Assembly: GCA_965153455.1 (NCBI GenBank) | Contig: OZ234494.1 | Location: 8,618,001-8,682,000 of the forward strand | Length of the DNA stretch: 64,000 nt | Direction: 5' to 3' | Source: Sphagnum compactum | Lineage: Eukaryota | In this document: positions 39,833 to 53,960 of the stretch, one piece after another | How the letters are laid out: each line of letters starts with the position of its first letter | How positions within the stretch are numbered: position 1 is the stretch's first letter | Made by a program: the position numbers and the translations under genes | Notes under the pieces: generated by a model | Databases searched by the model: none | Told to the model about the DNA's origin: nothing | What the model saw: only the letters and a program-made list of their open reading frames with translations

Positions 39833-40480
39833 AATAAATAAATAAATAAATAAAGGAAAAACACCCAGCAAGGGAACAAGAGAAGAAAAAATAAAGGATT
39901 TAAATATAAAGAAAAGACCACACCCAAAAGTGTAGAAAGCATAATGGGGAGCCCTAAAAGGAGAAAACACGAAACCTAGGACCTAAACCCATCACTAGTA
40001 GCAGAAGCAAGTCGTGTAAGGAAATGGGTGAAAAACTTGGACGTACACCAAGCCTAGCTAGAAAAGGCTTTTCTTGCTGCCATAACTACTTTTGATACAA
40101 GATAGTGGCAACCTAACTCTTTGAAAAACCACTTACACTTCTACCTATAAAATGAACATATGATCGAAAGAGGAGGATTTCTAGAACCCTTCGTTGACCA
40201 TGTCATGTTGGCACAACAATGAAGGAAGTCGTCCGCTTAATTGGTGTAAACATCCAAATATCTTTATCGCTAAAGGGATGAAATCATCCTCAAGGTGTCG
40301 ATCGCGATATGACACAATTTTTGCTTAAGCTACAATTGTCGCAACCATTCCTTGGGAAGAAGTGGCTTGTGAAACAAGATCTGCATGAGTTGGGTCAACA
40401 ATGATTATGTCTATGAAAGTGTGAATACCATATGCTATAAGTACAATATCCATTTGTCACCGTGATGATTGGAGGATGGT
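39833..40480 (-). mobile_element. 3' remnant of a non-LTR retrotransposon with restriction-like endonuclease (CRE/R2-group)
   Basis: Minus strand reads MDIVLIAYGIHTFIDIIIVDPTHADLVSQATSSQGMVATIVA*AKIVSYRDRHLEDDFIPLAIKIFGCLHQ, an RLE-like D...D...K..Y...F.PLA..FG pattern. A pyrimidine-rich 3' region and a (TTTA)n tail follow at ~39833-39853. Confidence 0.65.
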
Positions 40481-42084
40481 GTTAGGAGAACATGTGTTTG
40501 CTCACGCAAAACATGGAACCTGACATCCCTAGCAATGGAAGTGAAAGAATCTTGAATTGCATCATGGGTGTAGTCATGGTAACACGTACCATAACAACAA
40601 GTGTAACACCTCCTTGGTTTTGAGGTTTTTTGGGGTAAAAAAGTAATCTATTGTTGAATATATCAAAAATAAATTTCACAAACATGTTATAGATATATTG
40701 TTATAACACCTTGCAAAAAATCAAATGAAACCATGGATGATAAAAGGTCCAAAAGTACACATTAAGCATTGTAATGTTGTTTCAAGTGTTCAATCTATTA
40801 ACTTTTGGATGAGAAAGCAAGAAAGTTGAATGTATATTGATGGACGAATTTAACAAGCATCCAACACAAAATTGATGGTTTACACAAGTCTCAAATTAAA
40901 GTAGAAAATTGTAATCGTCCATCCTATCATAATCATCCATCTTAGGGAATAGGGTTTCATGAACTATTTGTTCACCATCACTTAGATTCAACAAGTTTTC
41001 ATCGCAATGTCGACTTGAGCTTCAAGGGTTCTTGGAAACGGGTTGGAATGATAATGGTCAAATTAACGGGCTTTAGGGTGCTTTGAGCATTCAAGTGATA
41101 AGACAATTATGGAGGTGTAAAGGCGGGAGATTAGAGTTTTGGGAGGGTTTAGGATTGAAAGTGTTGAAAAAATACACTTGAAGAAAAACAGGCAAATGGA
41201 CTTGAGCATTGAACATTGCATTCTCAATGGGGCCTTACATATTGCTTAGGTGGAAGTTTTGCGAGTTTGGAGCTAGTTTCAAGAGCATGGGCAGGAAGTT
41301 TGTAGGATTGTCGAAGTTGTCTCAAAGCACATTGAGGCTTATGAACAAAAGATATTGGAAATAGTCCAATATTAGTCTTGAGAGGATTAGGGTTAGCAAG
41401 TCAATGTGGCAGTCCCTTGTGAAAATAAGCTTTCTTAGGGAGGACGAAGATGGTGATGGCAAAGAGTTGATGTTGTTTGTAGCAACTCCAATGAGCCTTA
41501 GGAGACCAACACAACAATCTTCAACTAAAAGTGGTTTGCAAATATGCATTGGAGCTTCAGTCAATCAAGGTGTGTGCACATTGTAGAAAAAACTTTCCTT
41601 CAATTACTTTTACGTTTGGAATGCAATATGTCTTGGCTTTTTCATGCAATTAGGGTAAGGCATAAAATAATCAATTGGCTTGACGATTGATTTGTTTCCA
41701 GGAAGAAAAATTGATTGTGAAGGTTCATCCACCAAGTTTGCAAAGTGCATGATCAAGTAGCTTGCAACTTGCCACATTTTTCAATGCTTGACCATCATTT
41801 ACTTGATTAGGTCGTCATCCCCTCCAAGACGATGCAAGACAACAAATTTCAACTATGCTACCCAAATCTTCAAGCAATATGACTTTGTCAACATTTCTCT
41901 CGTGGAAAATGCCTACATTCTCCATACATTTGTTGTAGGTACTCTTTTACTAATGAACTCTTTTTGCAAAAGCTTAATAGCTTCTAATTTTTTTGATTTT
42001 GATTAATCATTAGGTTTCCTCAACATACCAATTTTTCTTGATTATACATGTTTTTAAACATGGTCATGGTTTGTTTGTTCAATA

Positions 42085-42350
42085 TGATGGTATCAAAGCT
42101 TTACATCTCTAATCTATTTATTCAATCTACAAGTAGCAAAGATTCAAAGCTTTACATCTCGTCTGCTTGTTCAATCTATTGTATTTACATCAAATTGGTC
42201 TACTTGTTCAATCTGCATTAACATCAGAGCTTTATCTCCGGTCTATCTGTTCAATCTTTTCGTATTAAAATTTTACATTGAGCTAGTCTACAACTTGTTC
42301 AATTTGCACTAGGATCAAAGCTTTACATCTTTGGTTTGCTTGTTCATTCT
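42085..42350 (+). repeat. Degenerate ~40-bp tandem repeat
   Basis: Recurring ATCAAAGCTTTACATCT and CTTGTTCAATCT units. Confidence 0.7.
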
Positions 42351-43849
42351 TTCATGTTATTATGGTATTGAAAAAACTTTGATCATTTTGTCCTTCAAGC
42401 CATGTTTTTATTTGAATGATCTAAACACCATTGAATTGTTTAGAATAAATGGAATTAGATCTTAGACTCCATAGATCTATTTCTTCATACTAGTTCATTG
42501 TCATTAAAATAAAAGTTTTTAATGTTCATAACTTGATCTACAACATGAATATCCAAGTTTGATTTGCAACATGAACATAGCAAGGGTGATGTGCAACAAG
42601 AATATGCTTTAGGGTTGATCAGCAACAGAGACATGCAAACATATGTTGATTTGCAACATGAATATACAAACATTGTCAGGTTGGCCTTGGCACTTTGTTA
42701 TTATGGTAGAAGCTTTAGGTTTGTTATTTTACACTCTTAAGCAAGGATCTAATATGTGATTGGGTTTTGATTTGTTTATCTTTTAATGGTCAATTTGTAA
42801 ATTACAAGATTGATTCCATTTTGTCAAATTGTGATGATTTACAAATTATTTCCATTGTATAAACTTCATGTACATTCAAGGTTGGGATCTAAATGTGGGA
42901 TTGGTGGTGTTGGGATTGTCTTGATTAGTAGCAAGGAATGTTGGATGTGGATTGCATTTAGTTAATTCCATTTTGATATCAAGTGGTGGAAGGGTTACAT
43001 AACTATTGAAACAACTTAATATTCTTCTTATTTGTACTTGAATGTGTTTGGGATGGGGCTATAGTTTCCTTGATCAAAAGCTAAAGTGGTCAATCTTTAG
43101 GTGCAAGATTTAGGCATTGTGGAGATCTTGCAATGCCACCTACAACCAAGTTTAGACCAACCGTCAAAGTGTTCAAAAAAAATTTGCATTTGAGGCCGAT
43201 TATCATATATGGGTCAATGAATTGAACTTTGAACCCTACACATTCACATTCCATAAAGCTCATTAAAAGAATTTTTTAAAAAAAACATTGAAGCCATTGG
43301 CTATATACATATTTCAAGGTAAAATGTAGCTCAAGTATATTCTTTGTTGTGGTGAAGCTTTATTTAATTTGCTCACCTTTCATATCTGACAGACTTTTGA
43401 TCTATGTGTACAAGGGGGGTTTGCTTATTTTCTAGATAGAACATTTTTTTTTGCTTTATAGAATCTTGGTGTGTCATTGTGGTGTACAGATAAGACATCT
43501 AGGATGAATAATGATGATGCCTTAGGTTTGCAACTTGGGTTGTTGCTATAGAATGGGAGTGAACTTGGAACCAAGGTTGTTGGATTCCATTACCATTTCT
43601 AGCGATGACCATTTATTAATTTAATGTCAACCTTGGCATTATATATTGATTACACGTTCTTGCTAAATGTTATCATGGCACATTTGTTTAGCGAACCAAA
43701 GGGCAATCAAGGAATTGAAGAATGTGAAAAGATGGCACAAGTTATTGAAGTTGAAGTTCAACGTGCGCAACATAAAAAGGATGCTACTTGAAAGTGTGCG
43801 AGGAGGTATAAAGCTCAAAAAACAACACTAGTTATCATTGCTCAAATAT

Positions 43850-46800
43850 AATTGGATGATGTTCTTATAGAAGCACTAGTGGTAGGCCCTACAAACTTGC
43901 GACAATATTGAAAACAACCCCAAAAGACAACGGTAGAGATATCAAGGAAGATGGCATTGTATTCTATAGAACAAATGAGGGGATTGGATATTGTTCTACA
44001 ACAAGCAACATTTGAAAAGTTCATGATGTATCTCCTTATCAAAGATATGATCCCTGAGTACTTCAAAAACCTTGATTCAATCAAATACAACTCAAAGATT
44101 TTGGGCAACTTCAAATCTGGTTTAACAACTCGTTTGCTTGGATCTCAAAGTACACGGCTTGTCACTGCCAAACACATTGTTTGCACTTTAACAAATAACT
44201 AATCTGTTAGTAGTAGTAGGGGTGTTGTTAAATCATTGGGGGTAGACAGGAACATCAAGAGGGCAATAGGGAGGCAGGTTCAATTGGATACAATTCAAGA
44301 TGCTTTTTAGATTAACTTGAAACAAGCAAAATGTTCAAATGCATTGCCACAAACAATGACATATGTCATTGTAGATTGGTGAATTAGAGAGACAACAATA
44401 TCTCCCAACAAAAAAACCATTGTGAAAAAGCGAATTGATGTCAAGCATTGTGAGGAACATCCCAAACATTACCTCCAAGTTTCCCAAGTAAGATAGATCA
44501 CATTGCATATTCAAATTTTTTGCTCAGTTTTTTTAAGTCAAAATTTATCATTTGTTGTTTTACATGGATTTCATGTCAATGACGTTGTCTATGAAGGTTT
44601 TCCATGATCATATGCTTATTAATATCAAATAAATAGCAAGTGGAGTCCTTAACTTGAATTTTTTTTACAATTTTGAATACTTCCAGTCTTGACTCCCCAG
44701 TGTCTTGGCAATCTAAGCAATTTGTAGTCCCAGTGTCACCTTGGATCATGTTTTCCAAACTAGTCTAGTCCTTGTTGCTTGCCAAGTAGTTAGTTTTCCT
44801 TCATGTTTATTAGCTTTTCCTTGGTTAAGGAATTAAGTCCTTACATAAACATGGGTTTTCCTTGACCAAACAAATGAGTCCTTATAATTAGGAAGGGTCC
44901 TCCTTGGCCAAGTAGATGAGTCTTTATAAGTAGGGGTTTTCCTTGGCCAAGTAGTTGAGTCCTTATACATCAATGGGTTTCTTTTGTAAAATAATCAACT
45001 ACTTATACAACATGAATTCTCTTAAGCCAAGCAATTGAATCCTTGGTGCTTGTTTGATTCCCTGGTTAAACATATAGTAGTCCTGACAAAGCACTCCATT
45101 TCTTGCCTAACAGTGGAGTCCTTGCAAACCTTACTTGATCTTTGCCTAAACAACAACAGTCCTAATAAAGTAATGTGTTCCTCACCTAACCAATGGGTTC
45201 TTTGTACAATTTGTTCGATTCATTCAGGTAAGTAGTCCAAGTGCTTACAAGTTTATTTTCTTTTATTTAACCACTATGCAATTATTAAGGTTTGGATAAG
45301 CATTTTAGGTCTGTGTTAGTTTTGGTATTTGACAATAGGCATAGATGTCTCACTGTGCGTTGAAGTTCTTTTCAAATGTAAGTAAGGTGACATAATTGAT
45401 GGATTGAAAATGTGTTTGCAACTTGAGTTCTTTATTTCTTTCAAAGAAAAATTTCCAAGCATTCTTGCAATGTTTACAACATTCCAAGCATTGAAACCAT
45501 GGTTTGTACAATGGTTACAAGACTGGAACATCTACTATTGCCAACACCACATGGAGCTTAGGGAGATTTTGAATGGAATTAATGACATGAGAACATAGGG
45601 AAAGGGGATTCATGATACTTGTAGTTGCAAATGTATTGAAGTTTGTGATGTTCAGCTAAACTTCATAAGTTGCAATTCAGACACATGTACTATTGAGTTC
45701 CAAATAGACAAAGGGTTGACTGATTTATGGACATCTATACTATGTCCCAAGCTTGCTCTAGCTAGGTGGCACTCCAGAAAATGCTTGATGGGTGATTGCA
45801 GCAACTATGGAGTTCATACATTGAAGTTATGCCCATTTGAATTAAAAACTACTAGAATCATCCATTGGTGGAGCATTGGATACGAAGTTGTTAGGCATAA
45901 TGAAGATGGTAGGGATAGGAAAGCTTCCAGAATGGAATACCATGATACCCACCCAAGTGAGCTCTTTGCTTATTTGAAACCTCGCTTGAAAGCTTTTGTG
46001 TTCCACAACTTCATCTTTTAGTGGCAAGACAATCAATTCAAAGATTCCATTTCCAATTTGCCTAAGGACATAATCCTTTCTTGTGTGGACTTTTTAGAAA
46101 ACTACACATTGATGGTGCAAAACGGGATACAAAACATGCATTGGCACAACTTCTAAATAAGCATTCTAGTCCATATAATTTATAGGCAAAACCTTGAATT
46201 TGACCCATCAATTCTAGAATTTAGACTCTTGAAAGAAGTGCATTATTATGTTTTAGATGATTTTAGCCATGACATTTTTTTTGTACAACATGCATTTGTA
46301 TTGCATTGGACTTTCTTGTAGAGGAGGGGATTTACACCATCTCGACATGTAGTGTGGTTGGATGGGTGTTTTAGCTAGTTCAAGTCAATGTGGGCGTGGT
46401 ATTTTGTGTTTCGCTACCCTAGTATTACCTTGAGCCAAAGTAACATGGAAGGTTGTCAAATGGTGTGGAATTTTTTTGCAACAAGTCATGGTAAGGGGGA
46501 GGTTGATGGAGCAGGTGTTTTACTTCATGAGAAGTTCATAAGGAATAGATCAAGCCCCAAGACAATAAATTGCAAAATGTAACCAATATTGTAAACACAC
46601 CTTTAGGCATAATCAAATAAGTTCCATGCAACACATCCATATGCAAGAAGGCACATCAACAAATACGTCTTCCATTTGGTGAGAGTTGGGGATGTGGACA
46701 AGTCAAAGCCTTATGACTATCAAATAGTGCGGAAAAGTTGAGGAATGCATCAATGCGATCGATTTCATTGAAGGATCCAATGTTGTGCCAATTCGGGTAG

Positions 46801-47360
46801 TTGTTTTGCTTTTGCGAAGTTTGCATGGATGGAAATCCAAAGCTAGAATGTGTTAACAATGAGCATGTCCCAGTTGGACATTGACAAAGCTAAAACTTAA
46901 AAATAGTTCAAAGTTAAGGCAGATTATGTATAATTCAAATGAGGAAATTGAAGTTAGGACAGGTGGGGAATGGATTGCAGATAGTTTGGCTCATGGTGAC
47001 AATGTAGCAATTCTTAGTGACACTGCTAACCCATTTTAAATTTTGCTTGTGGACAAAGGCCCCCACCTTGTTCAAACAAAATTTGAAGATGGGTGGGCAA
47101 ACAAATGGCAACAAGGTGATGTTATCATATGGGGCTATTGGTATGATGTGTCATAGATTGGTAGTCGGACATACCTCTAACAAAATGACAAGCCTTTGGC
47201 ATATGTGTTTACCCATCTTGTTTTGGCTTCCAAATTTTCTTTGCCCCCCACCATTGACATAGTTAGAGGGTCTTATACAACATATGAACTATCTAATGAG
47301 GCCATTAATGTAATTAAGGTTGCATTAGAGGAGATTCAATTATTGGAGAAAACCTTTTGA
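43850..47360 (+). pseudogene. Decayed Sola2-type DDD transposase, two exons (~43850-44487, ~45421-47360)
   Basis: Motifs TTISPNKK...KHYLQ|gtaaga; FKEKFP...FQALKPWFV...YYCQHH; ILSCVDFLENY (D at 46088); VVWLDGCFS*FKS (D at 46361); WNFFATSHGKGEVDGAG (D at 46505). These match the DFSENY / SDG..QFK / FFATSHGK..DG pattern of Sola2 transposases. Confidence 0.8.
44690..45245 (+). repeat. Degenerate ~40-bp tandem repeats within the transposase intron
   Basis: Repeated CCTTGGCCAAGTAG / GAGTCCTTAT units. Confidence 0.7.
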
Positions 47361-48065
47361 ATTTGTATGTGTCATTCAGGAGAAATGGAAAGAGGAGTTC
47401 TGTCTTGTTTTCAAATGGAATTATTTTTGTTGGAATGATCTATGTTCAATGTTGTTGGAAAGAAGCAACATCATGGAGATCATGGGTGACAATGGAAAAG
47501 TTGGTGGAAATTCATAGATCTGTTATGTAGTTTTCAGTAGAAACCATTTTAAAACATTGAAAGGCAATTGTGAGGCCCTTGGACTTTTGATAGATCAATA
47601 TTGGCAATCTGAATGTAGATGTTTATGATTTGGTAGAAATGGAGACATATTAAGAGGTTTGCACTTTTTTGTTCAACTCAAATTTGTAACCAAAATGTGT
47701 GTGGTTTTTGTCCCCATATAGCTTGTAGTCTTTACTTGGGTATTATTAGAATGTAACAAGGGGTATGGGTGTTTTTCTCCTGACTAGTTTTCCTTTGGTA
47801 AAATTAGGCAAGAATAATTACAAGAATCCTATACTCACTTTCACCTATGTTTGAAAAAAAGGTTCACCAATTGAAAGGATTGCACAAGGTAGTGGGTCTT
47901 TGTTTTGACTTCTGCTTAGATCTTTTTATTGTACTAACTATCAACACTGATGCTCTACTAGTCCTTGAAACATTTAATCAAGGATTATTTCAAATTTCTG
48001 TACTTTTTTAGTCTGTTGGAGGCTCCCACTTGCTAACTTATGGTGTTTTTTCCTTGTGCATCTAG

Positions 48066-50090
48066 ATATGAATGAATTGGAGAATGTTGAAATTAGTGAG
48101 TAGCAAAACCAGCAACATGCTTACAAAGTTGCCAAGAAAGCACATGGGAAGTATGAGGATAAGTAATTTTATCAACCTACTTTTGCATATTCTAGTTTCC
48201 TAAGTTTTAAAAGTTGGTTCTTATGTTTTGACAAGCTTGTCTTATTACAATACATGGGGACATGTTTTTGAAGCTTGGGCAACTTGAGTACTTATAATAG
48301 AAAAAGTAATGTCAAGCTATGTCTTGTGGTGTTGTGATGCAAATTTAACAATGATGTCACTAAGACATGAACAATTCTTGCAAAGTATGATGATGTTATT
48401 AAGAAAGAGGTACACTTTGCCCACAAGGAACAATTGTCTTAAGAGTTGGAAGAATTATACAGCTAAAAATACCTGTATAGGAAAAGAGCTAGCCAAGGTC
48501 TATGCTTTGCATGATGGATCTTTTTGCCTTTGATGTTGTGTTATGACATCAATATTTTTGTTTAATTTTTTGAGCAATTGGTCTTTTGGAATTGGTATTT
48601 GTCTTGGATTATAGGGCATTATATTGGATGAGTGAAAAGGTGTCAATGAGGAGAGCAGGAAAAAGCTTGCAGAGGTACATTTTGGTTTGTGATTTTTAGT
48701 TGCATTTTCAGAATACTTCCATCACCTCCAATAGCTCGTGCTTACTCCCACTACATCATTTTGAAGCTAGTGTGGCAAATTCTGGCAAGTTTATAAAAGG
48801 TTTAGGGTGCAACAATGGGAGATTATATTACAAAAAGTTCTACTATCAATAACACTTGTGTTTGCATTATACTACTTCAAGTAGGATGAGATGAAGAAAC
48901 CAATGAAGAAGAAGGAGTTCCGTAAGAAGTACAAGCTTGATTTGGATGCCCGGGAAGTTGAGGGAGTAGTTGAGGGGTTTGGCATAACTAATTTGGGCTT
49001 AAGAAATTTTGCCACATGGAGGATTGAAAAGCAAGAAGAAATGAAGGCAATAGTGGAGTCAAGGAAATCAGCTTACATGACAATGTTCTTTCAAAAATGT
49101 AGATGCCTCAAAGGTTTTGAGTGAATAACATATTGTTGGAGCTTTAGATATAGACCCGAAGATTAAACTTTATAGTTTGTTATATAAGAAGATGAAGATT
49201 TGTACAAATCATTGGAAAGGGCGTGGCAAGTTGCTTTACGAAAACAAGTTGAAAGTGCAACTGGTGTTTAGGGTGTGGTTGCTTGCATAGGAACATCAAA
49301 GCAATATGTAAATGGAGGTTTTTTAGGTGGTGGGGATAGTGGGGGAAGGCTTGTGTTCAATGACACAAGAGAATTTTGCAGGAGCTTGTAGCTAGATGAA
49401 GGTAAGAATTAATTTTTTGTTGATAACTTCTCTGCACAATTTCTACATCTAGATAAATAAACATTATTATAAGATTCTTAAAAATAATGACAAACATCTT
49501 CAAAGTCATCTACACATATGGGTCATGAATTTTTGCTTGTTTTCGTGGATTATTTTTTTGGTGAAATTGAGTTTTGCAGTATGATGAGCGGGGAACATAA
49601 TTATTTATATACATCATTTGATAATAGAAGTCAAGTTGTGGTAGGTGTTCATGTCATCAAATTGTCCAAAAGGCATGAAAGAAAAATGGTTTTATTTGCA
49701 ACTCTTACTTAAAAGGTTGGACCAAAAGATGTAAGTTTGTTGAAAAAGAGGAGGAAGCTCATGTTGTTGTGAAAGAAGAAGCTGAAGTGGGATGGATGGA
49801 GATCAAAGTTACAAACATGGCAGAAGTTCAAGGGGGGATGGAGATGGATATTAATGTAAGTTGGAGGAACCAATCCATGAATCTGTAGTAGGAAAAGGGT
49901 TAGTAGGTGTTTTCAGCTTATTGCAAGAGAGAGGAACTTTGAAGGAAATAATTGACTGGGGTGGATGAAACATGGACAAGAAAAAAAAAACAAGCTTATT
50001 GGAATTGTTGATGAATCCAATAGTGTTGTTGGTCAATGAGATATCCTCTTGGACCATCTTGATGAATTTGGTCGAACAATATGATTCTAA
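48066..50090 (+). pseudogene. Possible decayed multi-exon accessory gene downstream of the transposase
   Basis: Purine-rich exon-like blocks with AG/GT borders (e.g. tag|ATATGAATG..., GAG|gtacat, tag|GATGAG, AAG|gtaaga). RNNCLKSWKNY weakly resembles a Myb/SANT helix 3. Confidence 0.3.
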
Positions 50091-51599
50091 TTAGATTTAG
50101 CCCTGTTTATTTTGATTTACTTTTGGTGGTTGTTTCCTAGCCTTTTATTAAATATTAATTTTTTAACCATTAAATCATGCATCATTCTTGGGAGCAAAAC
50201 ACTTCAATTTTTATCCCTAGTTTGTAAGGTTTATGGTCAGAAAGTTATGACAATCACTATTGGATTGGTTTGTTATCAAATCAATAGTAAAGAATGTTTC
50301 ATATTTATTATCTAGCATTGGGGTTTTGATTTGCAAGTTGTGTTTACAGATTACACCAAAGGAGGCATTTCAGTTTAGCTTTCACACAAGTTCCATGGAA
50401 AAGAACCAAGAAAGACAAAGTAAAAGAAGTGGCAAAAGCAGTTTCAAGAGGAGTTCAAATTAAAACAGATGAACTCATGAGACTCTCCCTTTATGTCCAT
50501 TCAAAAGATGTGTGAGGCCCAGGCCAAGATGCATGCCCCGTATATTGTTATTAATGGTCACATTAAACTTGGGTTTCAAATCCTCATGGTGACGTACTCA
50601 CTCCAATACATAAAGCAAAATCAATTTAATTCAAGCCTCCTGAGTCCCCATAACTTATGCAATTTTATTTTTTAGTTTTAAGATTTTCATTTTCATTCAA
50701 AATTCTTTACAATTATTTTGAATAACAAAATCAGTCAAATCACTATTTGAAGGCAAAATCAAGATCTATAAACAATTGACCATAAGTTAAATGCTCCCAT
50801 CTATTACATCTTCCAATAATCCTTCTATATGCATTTTGCAAAATAAAAAGATCAAAATTTGGGGATAACTGGATATGAAGCCACTTATGTCTGAATATCT
50901 ACTTTGTTTCCTCGTGAAAGTGTATCATTCGATCAAACTATAATGCCATTAAGAATTACAACTTCAGTTCTACATTAACATATGTGCTTGTGCTAACACG
51001 AGCTTTAAAAGTCCTCAATCTTCAAAATTGGCAATTGACTTGTAGTGTTTCATTCCTAACAAGTTGAAGTCAGTGTTAATCTAGCATGTACTTAGGGAGA
51101 GGATTATTTAACTAAAGCTAATTACATAATCTAAGCATATCTATCACTTTAATGGCTACCCCTGAACTCTACCTAAAACGTCAAAGAACAAAGTAAACAA
51201 AACAATAATGTGTGTAAATGCAAATATCATAAAACAACATAAGAAACATGTAAAGAAAAATTCTAGTCAAGGACCTTGGACTATTACATGCCCCTAGAAA
51301 TATTAATGGCGTCAAAGCTTACCTCTAGACCCAATGGCCATCACATGCCCACATCACAATGTAGAATGATTCATGACTCAATGAAAGACAACACAAAGAG
51401 ACAACATTTGTAAAAACAAACCAAATAGGAATTACTTTGAATGACCAAAACGGTTAAAACCAAAAAGGTTGGAATGCATTGAAAAGACCAAAAAGGTTGA
51501 AATGCATCAAAGATCTCCAAGATACATTTTAGAATTAAAGAAAATCTAAGAAGGTACATGTGGAAGAACTGTCTAGAATTCAAAGTCAAATGAACTCAC

Positions 51600-52500
51600 C
51601 ATATCCATATCCCTTTTTGCAAATTTGCATCAATGTTGTTTATGTCTTCATTTTGGCATTGCCTCCTCTTTCTCTATTTTCTACCTTGTACAAACTACAT
51701 TGTTGGTTGTACCCCAATGCTTCTTAGGTGTTTTATGTTTGGGGTGCCATGGCTGGCTTGACTTGCCACCAATTGTGGTCTGGCTTGAATCATCTTGAAA
51801 ACCTATAGTTGGTTGTTCAGCTTGTTCATTGGGAATTGCAAATACACAAATGTAGGCATTCAAATTTGTATTACATTAATCAAAACCATGGCCACATGTT
51901 ATATACAAGGATTACAACATTTGAAACTCTAGTATGTTTTTATGACTAGATATTTTCCCACATGTTTGTCCATGCATTCACCTGAAAGTTGTAGAGGACT
52001 GGTCAAAATGGACAAATGGTTAACTTTCCTTTTTGGAGGCTATTCATCCAATTATGGACACTTTTGTTTCAAGAAAGAATATCTTCCTTGTGCTGGTGCA
52101 AGATGTTTTTCCTTTGTAGGTGGCATTTCTGTACACAAATCACCAGAATTTCCATCTTTTTCCTCGTTGATCCTCACACCTTCATGAGGATTATTCTGTT
52201 GCAAACTTTTTCTTGTATCATGCTCCCCAACAAGTGGATCTACAACCTCATTAGGTGTATGGTTGTCATGTGGAAGTTGTGTAGCTAGAATTAAAACATG
52301 ACCACAATATATGAAGTTAGTTTGAATCCTATATTCAAAGTTTGACAAAAGAATGCATAGATCAATGTACCCAAACCTCAAAGAGTATAAATTCAAAGTT
52401 AAGATTCAAATCTTACTCGTCTTTAAAGCAGAATTGTAGCCTAGATTGTCATCTTCTTTTGGATATATTGCAACTTTCTTGGTGTATAAAGCACAGACCT
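51600..52500 (-). pseudogene. Possible decayed multi-exon gene, convergent with the previous one
   Basis: Hydrophilic exon-like blocks (ORF 52052-52396 and 51681-51863) bounded by minus-strand splice donors (e.g. ctcacc at ~51595, ttcacc at ~51977). No domain recognised. Confidence 0.25.
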
Positions 52501-53199
52501 GATGATCAACTAGACAGTTAGTGGTAGGGGACTATTGTATCTCAAAGCTAGGTTTGTCAAAATTTTGATGCTTGGAAGGTGATTCAACCTCATCAAATAA
52601 TTGGCTGCTATAATGGAAAGGATGGAGGTGTAATGTGGTCAACTATATTAGTGCATGATACACGCCCAATAGGGCTATTGAAATTTGTTGGCCCCAAACT
52701 TGGTCTCTTTAAAGCATGTCTAGAACTTGTGGAGCCAAGTTTTGTTTGCTTTACTTAAATATCAGGTCCTGCACCATATCATGCAGTTCTTGGATTATGT
52801 CAAAATTATAATGCATCTACTAACCTAGTAGTAATCAACAAGACCAAGCACTAAAAAATCTTGTTAAACAAATATAACACACCTTGGATGATTTTCCAAG
52901 AAAGTTCTTACCTCTCAGTTTAAGTTCTATGTATGCATCAATTATGATTACTAAGCACTAAATCAATGATCTAGAAACACTATGAATACTTTCAACATGT
53001 AAAAAAACTAATGGGATGTGGTTATTTGAATGGTCATAAACACTCAATCCACTACATTTTGCAAAAGTTTCCAAGTAGTCCCAAGTGATTAGCAACAACT
53101 TCCAAGCATACATCCCAGTGACTAGTGCTCAACAATTTTCAAGCCTAGATGTTTTAGTGACCAACATTAGTTTATGAGTAGTCCCAATTTGACAAGTAA

Positions 53200-53960
53200 G
53201 TAATTAGGATGTTTTCCAAAGTAACCTACAAGCACCATTACTAGTAACATACAAGCACTTAATCCACTACAACACTCCCAATTCGCATTCCCAATAACAT
53301 GCAAGCATAATTAATGCTTTCTAAGCACTACCACTATTTAGCAAGCACAAGTGGTGCTTTCCAAGGATTTGTCATCATCTCTAAACATGAAGGGTGCTTT
53401 CCAAGCATTACCATAAACTAGCTAGCAAGCACAACAAGTGCTTTCCAAGGACCCACTATCATCTTTAAACATAAAGAGTGTTTTCCAAGCATTGCCATAA
53501 ACCAATGAGCACAACAAGTGCTTTCCAAGGACTCACTATCATCTCTAAACATAAAAGGTGTTTTCCAAGCACCACCATAAACCAATAAGCACAACAAGTG
53601 CTTTCTCCAAGCACTTTTAGTCCTCTCCAAGTATACTGGGTGCTTTCCAAGCATTGCCATTAACCAGTTAGCACATTGGGTGCTTTGCAAGCACTCATAG
53701 TAACCAACAAGTACATTATATGGTTTCCAAGCACTCTCAATGATTAGTAAGCACAATGGGTGTTTTCTAAACATTGCGAATAACTTGCAAGCCCAAAGGA
53801 TGTTTTGTAAGCACTCTTAACAACATGTAAGCATAATAGTTTACTTTCCAAGCATTTGTAACAACTTGCCAGCACAATTAGCACTTTACTCCAAGTACTC
53901 CCAATATCATGCAATCAAAATGGGTACTATATCTTAATATACTCCAAGTAACTTCCAAGC
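53200..53960 (+). repeat. Tandem repeat, ~80-bp unit built from ~40-bp subunits
   Basis: GTGCTTTCCAAG recurs; CTTTCCAAGG at ~53357, 53441 and 53521. Confidence 0.85.

Noticed and set aside
53200-53960. Regularly spaced GTGCTTTCCAAG motifs resembling a CRISPR array, and ORFs 53418-53774 / 53465-53650
   Set aside because: The intervening sequences are themselves repeats, there are no cas genes and the context is eukaryotic. The ORFs are translations of a tandem repeat.
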